Assembly (NCBI GenBank): GCA_023131215.1
Contig: JAGLZV010000097.1
Span: 1 to 47,115, forward strand
Direction: 5' to 3'
Length of the DNA: 47,115 bases
Source of the DNA: Candidatus Methanophagales archaeon
GTDB taxonomy: Archaea; Halobacteriota; Syntropharchaeia; Alkanophagales; Methanospirareceae
A program made the translations under genes and the position numbers. Below, piece by piece: positions 8,726 to 16,562 of the stretch. The notes under the pieces are model-generated. The model saw only the letters and a list, made by a program, of their open reading frames with translations, was not told the origin of the DNA and searched no databases. Position 1 is the first letter of the stretch; every line of letters starts with the position of its first letter.

Positions 8726-9031
8726 TCACATCCTCCTCACGATAACTTTTTGCGCCATCCCACGACCTATGGACACCGTGTTTCTATCTACCTCTACGGT
8801 AACAGGTCCATAACAGGAAATCACACGAACAACACTGCCTTCAAATAAACCCCGAAGAAACAACTTCTGGCGAATGCCACGACCTCCTTCCACTGCCATG
8901 ACTCTTCCCTGTTCTCCGGGTTTCAACTGGCTTAATGGCATTGTATCACCGTAATTATTATTTAGAAAAACCCGCTTCTCTTCCACCATTGCCATCTCCT
9001 CGCTCACACGTTCCTCCTCCATTTTTATCAC
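8726..9031 (-). CDS. feoA: FeoA-domain protein with N-terminal extension
   Basis: LSQLKPGEQGRVMAVEGG...LFLRGLFEGSVVRV...GPVTVEVD...IGRGMAQKVIV. The true start may be internal. Confidence 0.7.
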   Translation of the reverse strand: MIKMEEERVSEEMAMVEEKRVFLNNNYGDTMPLSQLKPGEQGRVMAVEGGRGIRQKLFLRGLFEGSVVRVISCYGPVTVEVDRNTVSIGRGMAQKVIVRRM

Positions 9032-9043
9032 CTCAATTGCACC

Positions 9044-9751
9044 TCATTCCACCCAGACCTTTTCTGCGAGCCCGTGCCCGATAGTCACCAACTGTTCACC
9101 TATTCTCGCAAGCACATAGGTTCCCCTCTTTGGAACGGGTGCAGGCATCTCCTTCCTGACCAATGTTATCTCTTTACCTTCCACCACGCCCATTTGTTCA
9201 AATTTTTCCTTAAGAGAGGTTCCACCGATTATCTTGCTTATCTTTGCCTTCTCGCCTTCCTCAAGATAATTAATCTGGATGTTTTTCCCTTCCCGTTCTA
9301 CCAGCGCCTTCGATGCTTGACCTTCGCCCATACTTATCTCGCGGTCGTCTATTTTGAACACTAAGGTCTCGTCTGGGAGATGACGTAAGAACTCTATTTC
9401 CTTTTCTTTTTCTATGTCAAGTTCAGAGAAATTACCTTCAAAGACTTTTCCTCCTTCAATGGTTTTTACCGTTCCCTTCTCTCCTGTCTCAAGTCTTAGA
9501 AGTGGAAGCGTTTCGCCTTCTTTATCCACATACACCTTATCTGCCCATCCGCGAGCTATGACTGCTTCTCTTCCTGCTGCTTTTAAAGCGATGGGTCCCG
9601 CATGAACATGCACGGGTTCAGTGGCTACCACCGTAAGCTCAGTTCCTTCTGAAATGCCCAATTCCTCCAGATAGCCCTTAACTTCTGAGCCACCGTCTAT
9701 TTTTTTTACTGCTACTCCTACCTCCGGCTCGACTTCGGTCAATAGTTTCAT
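9044..9751 (-). CDS. feoA: Triple FeoA-domain fusion protein
   Basis: Three consecutive units of about 75 aa, each with the FeoA pattern (G..v..I.GG...L..lGi.eG..i.v ... A.kv.V). Confidence 0.7.
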   Translation of the reverse strand: MKLLTEVEPEVGVAVKKIDGGSEVKGYLEELGISEGTELTVVATEPVHVHAGPIALKAAGREAVIARGWADKVYVDKEGETLPLLRLETGEKGTVKTIEGGKVFEGNFSELDIEKEKEIEFLRHLPDETLVFKIDDREISMGEGQASKALVEREGKNIQINYLEEGEKAKISKIIGGTSLKEKFEQMGVVEGKEITLVRKEMPAPVPKRGTYVLARIGEQLVTIGHGLAEKVWVE

Positions 9752-9826
9752 TTTTTATTCCTCATCTCTATTATAAAGTTAGGAATACAAAAACCCTACC
9801 CTAAAAAGATTCGGTTTTTTAAAAGA

Positions 9827-9845
9827 AACCTAAAAAAGTTAGGTT
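9827..9845. promoter_or_regulatory. 19-bp perfect-armed palindrome AACCTAA-N5-TTAGGTT upstream of the feo operon (candidate metalloregulator operator)
   Basis: Read directly. It lies 76-94 nt upstream of the feoA start at 9751. More TTAGG/CCTAA half-sites occur at 9779-9804. Confidence 0.3.
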
Positions 9846-10043
9846 TTAAAGAAAAAGCCGATAATTTCGGTCATGTGTTTTTCATCTACTTCTTATCTGG
9901 CTATTGAAAGGATAAGAAGTATCTGCTCAAAATTAAGTGGAATCGTAGGCTCTGCCCACGTCCTCGCAAACCCTGAAATGGTTTAACAGACAGCGAAAAA
10001 TAAAAAGTGTTTTTGCAGTTTTCAATTTGCATTTTGCATTTAA

Positions 10044-10073
10044 TTGCTCGAAATCCCCCCAGATTTTGAGCAA
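10044..10073 (-). terminator. Hairpin immediately after the chaperonin stop codon
   Basis: TTGCTCGAAAT / ATTTTGAGCAA arms (one mismatch) around a C-rich loop, 3 nt from the stop. Confidence 0.3.
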
Positions 10074-10076
10074 TTA

Positions 10077-11843
10077 CTAATACTTCACCCTACCACCTTT
10101 AACATACTTGAACTCCTCTGGTCTCTTCTCTGTTTCTATCAATTCTCTTGTTCTGCCTACTATCTGCGTTTCGATATCCTCCGCCTCCTCCCTTACTGCA
10201 CTCTTCGCAATATGCAAATCATCTATTTTCATCATTCCCGTTGCCGCCTCGGTAGCCGAGATAAGCGCCTGTAACTTCACCCTTAACGGCTCCATTATTC
10301 CCTCTTCCATCACATCTTTCACACGCTTATCCACTCCTGATATACCCACATTTTTATTAGCTGCAAAATGCTCTGCCCTGAGCTTCGCAAGTGTATCAAT
10401 CTGGTCCATTCCACTGTTCTTCGCTATTGCCTTTGGTATAGACTCCAAAGCGTCAGCAAAAGCATCCATTGCCAGTTGCTCCTTGCCCGGTATCTTTCTC
10501 GCAAACTTTCTTAACTGATGGGCGCATTCGGTTTCCACCGCGCCTCCTCCCGGCACCACGCGATTGTCTTCAAACAGTTGTGCAACGGCATGTAAAGCGC
10601 TTTTTATCTCGCCCACCAGACCCTCTATAACCCTGAGTGACACTCCCCTTATGATTATCGTAGCTGATTTCTTATGCGAACACTGTTCAAAAAATACGTA
10701 TTTATCACCACTTATCTCTCGCTGCACTACTTTTCCCGCAAAGCCAAATTTGTCTTCGCTCAGGTCACTCACGGCTTTCACTATCTTTCCACCGGTAGAC
10801 CGCTCCAACCTCTTCAAATCTGTCAGCTTCACCCTTTTTATTAGCATTATCCCTGCTCTGCGGAACTTACCCAGTGCGTCGTCATCCACACCCCACCGAC
10901 AGCAAATCACGTTTGCACCCGATTTTATTACCGGGTCTATAACTTCATCGAAAATTCTTGCTCTTGTCTCCCTGAACTCCCTGAAATGAGATGGTTTTGA
11001 GATTTTTACATGAAAATCAAGAGCACCAAGCGTTTCCCCTGCCTTACTGTGTTCTCTTGCTGCTGTTCCGGTTGGCAGCTCCTTCCTTCCCTTCACCTTC
11101 GGCTCCTTGTGTTCTATCGGGAAATCAAGCAATGCTATCCTCGCATTCCCCATCTCCGTTGGTAGCGCATCCAGAACTTCTCGGTCCACAACAACGCCTT
11201 CAGCAAATCTCGTCTCATGTACTCTGCTCCCACTCTTCGTCTCTATTACTACATCATCCACATCTATTGGCTCGTTCTCAGCACTATCGCTTATCCGTTT
11301 TATGCTTTCTACTACCGCATCCGCCAATTTATCCTCTTCACAATAATCCTCTATCTTTAATGCGGTCTTCGCTACGAACCTCAAAAACTCATCGCCCCCT
11401 TCCCCTCTTACGTCCACCGCCGATGCCATTTCTTTTAAAACCTCTTTCGCGCGCTCAAGAGCCTTCTCATACCCGTTCACCACTATATTTTGATGTACTC
11501 CTTCGTTTTTCAACTCGAATCCTCTCTTCACCAGCTCGCCCGTCAGGATCATAACCGTAGCTATGCCATCTCCCACTTTCTCTCCCTGTGTTAACCCTGC
11601 GTTTATCAATATGTCCGCAGTGGGGTGCTGATATTTCAATTCCTTTATCAGGCTGTATGCATTACTGGATATGAGGTCAGCAGCTTCCACTTTCGTTGCT
11701 CCCTGCGTTATCAATATCTTAGACCCAAAAGGACCGATAACTGGCTTGAACATGTCAGAAAAAGCAGCGGAAACCTGCATATTCGCCTCCTGAATCTCCT
11801 CCGGCGGCACTTCCCCGGGTGGTAACTCCTCCTTTATTGTCAT
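10077..11843 (-). CDS. Divergent group II chaperonin (thermosome/CCT family) paralog
   Basis: Collinear with thermosome subunits (VGDGIATVMILTGEL, VPGGGAVE, EPLRVK). Nucleotide-binding motifs are degenerate and there is a charged C-terminal extension. Confidence 0.8.
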   Translation of the reverse strand: MTIKEELPPGEVPPEEIQEANMQVSAAFSDMFKPVIGPFGSKILITQGATKVEAADLISSNAYSLIKELKYQHPTADILINAGLTQGEKVGDGIATVMILTGELVKRGFELKNEGVHQNIVVNGYEKALERAKEVLKEMASAVDVRGEGGDEFLRFVAKTALKIEDYCEEDKLADAVVESIKRISDSAENEPIDVDDVVIETKSGSRVHETRFAEGVVVDREVLDALPTEMGNARIALLDFPIEHKEPKVKGRKELPTGTAAREHSKAGETLGALDFHVKISKPSHFREFRETRARIFDEVIDPVIKSGANVICCRWGVDDDALGKFRRAGIMLIKRVKLTDLKRLERSTGGKIVKAVSDLSEDKFGFAGKVVQREISGDKYVFFEQCSHKKSATIIIRGVSLRVIEGLVGEIKSALHAVAQLFEDNRVVPGGGAVETECAHQLRKFARKIPGKEQLAMDAFADALESIPKAIAKNSGMDQIDTLAKLRAEHFAANKNVGISGVDKRVKDVMEEGIMEPLRVKLQALISATEAATGMMKIDDLHIAKSAVREEAEDIETQIVGRTRELIETEKRPEEFKYVKGGRVKY

Positions 11844-11979
11844 CTCTTCTTTTTCTCCCTCCCCTTCTCCTATATCCTCACTGTAATGTAAATGAAGTAA
11901 ATAATAGCATAAAACATTTTACAGTTAAACTTTCGATTTTTTCAAAGTCCGCACCACAGGATATTGAGTAATTACGTTT

Positions 11980-12147
11980 TCACGATGCCCCACCTTTGAA
12001 AAAAGACCACCTGCGGCAGTGCTCCCTTATTATGTCTGACCTGCTTAGTATTCCAACCAATTCTTTCTCTCCCTCTTCAGTTCCTCCCTTTACCACCGGC
12101 AACCTTCCTATATTGTAAGTGTCCATCTTATGCAGGACATCCTCAGC
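11980..12147 (-). pseudogene. C-terminal CBS-domain gene fragment
   Basis: Minus-strand translation AEDVLHKMDTYNIGRLPVVKGG...LVGILSRSDII matches a CBS motif. An in-frame stop lies just upstream and no full-length ORF exists. Confidence 0.35.
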
Positions 12148-12253
12148 TCTTTTGTGCTAATTTCTTTCATCACTGCTACTTTTATCCCTTATCCTTTTAA
12201 AATCGCTCTATTACTTTATGTTCCAACATTCTTTTTAATAATTATTTGCAAAG

Positions 12254-13171
12254 ATGAGATGTAGTAAAAGAAAATGCCTGAATCCTGCTATAATCTATCA
12301 GAAATACTCCGGGCTGCACTTATGTGAAGCCCATTTCATTGAGGATGTAGAGAGAAAAGCGAAAAAAGAGATAAGAAAGGAGTTGATGATAGAGCGCGGG
12401 GATAAGATTGCAGTGGCACTGAGCGGGGGGAAGGACAGCTCAGCTCTTTTATATATGTTAAAAAAGATATTTCATCCACGCAGCGATTTAGAATTCTTTG
12501 CGATTGCGGTAGATGAAGGAATAAAAGGATTTCGTTCGGTGACATTAAAAAATGCAGAAAATATTACAAAGGAGTTAGAAGTAGAACTTCATACTTTTTC
12601 CTTTGAAAAGGAGTTTGGATTTACGCTGGATGAAATCGCAGCGAAAGGATTCGAGCAGGCGCCTTGCACTTTTTGTGGCGTTCTGAGAAGGAAGGTAATA
12701 GAAACAAAAGCGAAGGAATTAGGCGCCACAAAGGTTGTAACTGCTCATAATCTGGACGACGAAGTTCAAACGATTTCGATCAATTATATACGAGGGGATA
12801 TAGAGCGGTTGAGTAGGCTGCGAGGGCGAAGAGAAGAGTTTGTTCCGAGGATTAAACCGCTGAGAGGAGTCCCGGAAAAGGAAGTTGCTTTGTATGCACT
12901 TGTAGCAGGAATACCGATAAGTACGGTTCAATGTCCTTATGCCAAGCTATCTTTCCGTTTCACGGTGAAAAAAATGCTGAATGAGTTTGAAATGAAACAC
13001 CCGGGGACAAAATACTCTTTGTTGCGGGGTTACGAAAGGCTGTCAGAATTTTTGCCGACAGCGCAACCAGGGAGAAAGCTTTTGCGGTGCGAGCGGTGTG
13101 GAGAGGCATCAGCATCAAGAATATGCAAGGCTTGCGAGATAGTTGAACGTATGAGAAGTAGAAAATCCTAA
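12254..13171 (+). CDS. PP-loop tRNA 2-thiolation protein (TtuA/NcsA/Ctu1 family)
   Basis: SGGKDSS PP-loop, plus N-terminal and C-terminal Cys clusters (CSKRKC...CEAH; CERCG...CKAC). Confidence 0.8.
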   Translation: MRCSKRKCLNPAIIYQKYSGLHLCEAHFIEDVERKAKKEIRKELMIERGDKIAVALSGGKDSSALLYMLKKIFHPRSDLEFFAIAVDEGIKGFRSVTLKNAENITKELEVELHTFSFEKEFGFTLDEIAAKGFEQAPCTFCGVLRRKVIETKAKELGATKVVTAHNLDDEVQTISINYIRGDIERLSRLRGRREEFVPRIKPLRGVPEKEVALYALVAGIPISTVQCPYAKLSFRFTVKKMLNEFEMKHPGTKYSLLRGYERLSEFLPTAQPGRKLLRCERCGEASASRICKACEIVERMRSRKS

Positions 13172-13188
13172 ATCCCAACCTCTAAACC

Positions 13189-13247
13189 CTAAACAATTTC
13201 AAAATTCAAATCCAAAAAGAAAGATTTGTTTTGAATTTTGAGTTTAG
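13189..13247. repeat. Long imperfect palindrome between convergent genes
   Basis: CTAAACAATTTCAAAATTCAAA ... TTTGAATTTTGAGTTTAG. Built from the same AAATCC/GGATTT, CTAAA/TTTAG words as 34502-34682. Confidence 0.5.
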
Positions 13248-13268
13248 ATATTGGAGTTTGTTTAGACC

Positions 13269-13310
13269 GGGGCTCTGCCCCGGTAACCCCGCAAGCCCAG
13301 TAGGGGCTTA
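13269..13310. repeat. 42-nt GC-rich element, intergenic copy
   Basis: GGGGCTCTGCCCCGGTAACCCCGCAAGCCCAGTAGGGGCTTA. A near-identical copy is at 37020-37060 and a degenerate copy near 9948-9973. Confidence 0.7.
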
Positions 13311-13351
13311 TTTAGAGTTTAGTGCTTAGAATTTATACCACCGGATATCGA

Positions 13352-14389
13352 TCAATTACCCTGTGAGGGAAGGTTTGTAAATGGCGGAACTCTCGATTCC
13401 TTTACCTTTGTTCCCTCTTTTATCTCACAGTATGCACCAATGATAGAATCCGTTACCTCCGCTTTTTTTATCACCGTGTTCTCACCAACCACGCTTTTAT
13501 TTAGCATGGTTTCACTCAAATTCGCATGAGAGAATACCACGGAATCGTACATTTTGCTTTTCGTTATCTCAGCATGGTTGCCGATAACAGCAGGACCTCG
13601 TATCAAGGACTTCTTCACCACTGCGTATTCGCCAATAGCGACATTTCCTTGAATCTCGTTATCTTCTATCTCTGCTGTGGAGGCGCATTCGAATCCTTTT
13701 TTCTCTAATATCCACCTGCTTGCTTCCATGTAGCCCTCCAGATTACCGACATCAGTCCAGAATCCATCAACCACGCACCCGTAAACCTCCTTTTTCGCTA
13801 CGAGTATGGGAAACAAGTCCCTGGAGAAATCAAATTCGCTGCCTTCAGGAACGTATTCCATTACCTCGGGTTCTATAATATACAATCCAGCATTCGCAAG
13901 ATTTGAGAAACATTCACTCGGAGAAGGCTTCTCTTTAAAATTCCGTATCCTTCCATCTGCTTCTGTCTCTGCTATTCCATATAAAGATGGATTCGGCACG
14001 GGCAGGAGAGCAATGGTCACAAGCTTTCCATGCGTTTCGTGGAACTCCATCACCTTTCTTATGTCTATGTCAGTGATGTTGTCGCCTTGTATTATGAACG
14101 ATGTTTCTCCTATCGCTGCGTTTTTTACCGACCCGGCAGTTCCTAAAGGCGAGGGTTCCTCAGGATACGAAAGTTTTAAATCTTTCCTTTTGCTGAGATA
14201 ATTTATCGTTTGCTCTTGGAGGTAGTTTGTGGTGATAACGATGTCTTTTAAGCCGTAACCAGCCAGATAGTCCACTATGTATTCTATTACGGGTTTATTC
14301 ACCAGAGGAATCATAGCCTTCGGCGTGGTAAACGTAAGCGGTCTGAGTCTTGTTCCATATCCACCCGCAAGGATTACTGCTTTTTTCAT
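13352..14389 (-). CDS. Sugar-phosphate nucleotidyltransferase with C-terminal left-handed beta-helix
   Basis: MKKAVILAGGYGTRLRPLT signature. The C-terminal hexapeptide-like repeats are rich in I/V-G. Confidence 0.8.
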   Translation of the reverse strand: MKKAVILAGGYGTRLRPLTFTTPKAMIPLVNKPVIEYIVDYLAGYGLKDIVITTNYLQEQTINYLSKRKDLKLSYPEEPSPLGTAGSVKNAAIGETSFIIQGDNITDIDIRKVMEFHETHGKLVTIALLPVPNPSLYGIAETEADGRIRNFKEKPSPSECFSNLANAGLYIIEPEVMEYVPEGSEFDFSRDLFPILVAKKEVYGCVVDGFWTDVGNLEGYMEASRWILEKKGFECASTAEIEDNEIQGNVAIGEYAVVKKSLIRGPAVIGNHAEITKSKMYDSVVFSHANLSETMLNKSVVGENTVIKKAEVTDSIIGAYCEIKEGTKVKESRVPPFTNLPSQGN

Positions 14390-14390
14390 A

Positions 14391-14566
14391 CAAACTTTCT
14401 TTCAAAAGAAAGTTTGATCAAAGAAACATATATTTTTTAGTAAAGCTTTATATTTTTAGTAAAGGTTTTTGCGGAGAAACCTTTCTTTGAAAAAGAAAGC
14501 TTTACCAAAGAAAAGTTTTTTCTTTTAGCACAGGTTTTCTTTTTTGAAAAAAAAAGAAAAAGTGTT
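14391..14566. repeat. About 175-nt A/T-rich GAAAG/CTTTC palindrome-rich element
   Basis: Contains CAAACTTTCTTTCAAAAGAAAGTTTGATCAAAGAAAC and TTAGCACAGGTT modules. These are shared in inverted arrangement with 36165-36331 and partly with 45590-45625. Confidence 0.6.
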
Positions 14567-14848
14567 ATGATAAGAAAAGAGGAGATAGAGCATATAGGGT
14601 GGCTGGCGAGGATAGAGTTAAGAGAGGATGAGAAGGAATTATTTGAGAAGCAATTGAGCTCGATATTAGATTATTTCGCCGTACTGGATGAATTAGATAC
14701 TGAAGATGTAGAACCTACATATCACGTAATCGGCATAACGGATGTGGTAAGGGAAGACGAACCGAAGGAGGCGTTAAGCCAGTCAGAAGTGCTGCGGAAT
14801 GCGCCTAAGAAAGAGAAAGGGTATATCAAAAGTCCGAGGATGTTATGA
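14567..14848 (+). CDS. gatC: Asp/Glu-tRNA amidotransferase subunit C
   Basis: 93 aa with a typical GatC sequence (IEHIGWLARIELREDEKELF...LDYF..L.ELDTEDVEPT). Confidence 0.8.
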   Translation: MIRKEEIEHIGWLARIELREDEKELFEKQLSSILDYFAVLDELDTEDVEPTYHVIGITDVVREDEPKEALSQSEVLRNAPKKEKGYIKSPRML

Positions 14849-14900
14849 GATAGGGTAAAAAACCGCGAGATTTCACAAGAAAATGAAGCCGGGATTCTAT

Positions 14901-14950
14901 GATGCAGGATACATGATACAGGTTTGACTTGTATCTTGATCTTGTATCTT
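14901..14950. repeat. RCARGAT heptamer run followed by its inverted copy
   Basis: GATGCAGGATACATGATACAGG ... CTTGTATCTTGATCTTGTATCTT. Same heptamer family as 46056-46085 and 46686-46732. Confidence 0.55.
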
Positions 14951-14955
14951 CAATT

Positions 14956-14985
14956 ATTTTCTCATGGAAATCTGTGTAATCTGTG
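14956..14985. repeat. ATTTTCTCATGGAAATCTGTGTAATCTGTG dispersed element
   Basis: Near-identical copy at 37630-37660 and a related copy at 21842-21872. Confidence 0.6.
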
Positions 14986-15131
14986 ATGATTGACAATCCA
15001 CAAGAATTCTATCACGAACTTTTGAAGATTTTATCGGGTGAGCGTAAGCGAAGGCAAGGATTTGCGTAGCAAATCCGCAGAGTCCTGGTGAAAGGAAAAG
15101 GTTTTCATGATTGAGATTTAGTGTTTTTGCC

Positions 15132-16562
15132 TCATCGTATTTCTTCTTCCTTATTAATTATTGTCTCCCAGATTATCTCATCAATTTCCGTTCTTAATTT
15201 TTCAATTTGATTTCTCAGTTCGTTATTTTTATCCTCTTGTGTCTTAATTTCTTTAGTTATCTTATCCTGAACATCTAAATCTGGGCAGGGGACTTTAATG
15301 TTCAATAGATCCAATGGATGGATTCTAGGATGCCTTTTCCCATACATTAACAAAGAAGATTTTGCTAAATATTCATGGCTTAAGAGAAGATATTTTACAT
15401 ATTCAGTGATAGCACGGCCTTTGTTCACTTTGAAAGGTAATAGCTCAGTAGTCCCAATATAATTCTTCTCTGAGTCATTAAGTACTGTATAACCCAAATA
15501 GGGATCTATCTTAGATGTTATTAAATCGCAATCTTCAAAACAAACTTTATCTGAACCAATTTCATTTACAACTTTATCTTCATTAATTATCCTACCGGTT
15601 CCCGCCTCGATGTCTTCCAATTCAATCAGGATGTATTCATCCTCCAAGATTCCCTTCTTCAAAGTTTTAGTATTCATTAGTTTCATAAGGTCGGATAGTC
15701 TCATTATGGGAATGTCCCTATTTGTTTCTTCATATAATAATCCATCGTGAATATCCCAAAATGCGCGGTATTGAGCACCACACCTGAGAAAGATTTGATT
15801 CTTTATATTAGAAAATAACGACGATAAAACTTCAAAAAATGACTCTTGGTACTTCTTTTTAATATTATTATCTATCAATACACCATCGACTATATTCTGA
15901 AGAGGTTTTAATTGCTTTTCATAATTTTTTATTTCTTTTTCCAATGGAAGTATCTTTTCGATTATTTGATTCTGTTTTGATATATCTATATCAGGAAACG
16001 GAAGTTTTCTAATGTATTCCTTAGATAAGTTTTTTTGGGTTTTACCCGTCTCTGTAGCTCTGAAATAATTTTTTATCATAGCCGTGTTCAAATAGTATAC
16101 TAAAAAATAGGGATTGACCAAATATTTATCAACTTTTATTTTAACCAGATAATGGGATAGAGTGAATTGAATGTCTTCAAAATCAGCTTCGTAAATAAAG
16201 CATTCTCCTACGCTTGAAGATATTGCCAAAATAATATCCTCTTTTTCTATTGAATAATCACTTAATTCTTTTCCCTTTTTCTCTATCAAATATATTGGAT
16301 CTATCAACTTTAATTTGTTTTTATCAATATTCCTTACTACTAGATGTATATAGCGTGTTTCTTCGTCTGCATAATCTGTTTTCTCAATAGGTTGACCTGT
16401 CTCTAATTCAATAATAAATTCCCTCAAATTTTTTATCGTATCAGGTGTTTTACCTATCTCACTTTGTAGTTTATCCATTAGCCAATAATAATCAACATCC
16501 GCCCTAAGAAAAGGGTCCTGAGATAATTGACTTAAATTTTTACTTTGATAAATCAGTTCCAT
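15132..16562 (-). CDS. Restriction-modification specificity (S) subunit, HsdS-like with two target-recognition domains
   Basis: Two TRD halves, each followed by a conserved coiled-coil spacer (LPFPDIDISKQNQIIEKILPLEKEI...; VPCPDLDVQDKITKEIKTQ...). 10-nt overlap with the upstream gene. Confidence 0.8.
   Translation of the reverse strand: MELIYQSKNLSQLSQDPFLRADVDYYWLMDKLQSEIGKTPDTIKNLREFIIELETGQPIEKTDYADEETRYIHLVVRNIDKNKLKLIDPIYLIEKKGKELSDYSIEKEDIILAISSSVGECFIYEADFEDIQFTLSHYLVKIKVDKYLVNPYFLVYYLNTAMIKNYFRATETGKTQKNLSKEYIRKLPFPDIDISKQNQIIEKILPLEKEIKNYEKQLKPLQNIVDGVLIDNNIKKKYQESFFEVLSSLFSNIKNQIFLRCGAQYRAFWDIHDGLLYEETNRDIPIMRLSDLMKLMNTKTLKKGILEDEYILIELEDIEAGTGRIINEDKVVNEIGSDKVCFEDCDLITSKIDPYLGYTVLNDSEKNYIGTTELLPFKVNKGRAITEYVKYLLLSHEYLAKSSLLMYGKRHPRIHPLDLLNIKVPCPDLDVQDKITKEIKTQEDKNNELRNQIEKLRTEIDEIIWETIINKEEEIR

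Noticed and set aside
10108-11554. Plus-strand ORFs (10108-10518, 10564-10989, 10991-11554, 11107-11346) overlapping the chaperonin gene
   Set aside because: They are antisense shadows of a well-supported 588-aa CDS. Their translations are Ser/Leu/Pro-rich low complexity with no motifs.
15059-15077. Perfect hairpin GGATTTGC-GTA-GCAAATCC downstream of the S-subunit gene, as a terminator
   Set aside because: It may well be structural. However, it lacks an adjoining T-tract on the transcribed strand and lies within a repeat-rich spacer, so it is not confidently a terminator and is not reported as a feature.
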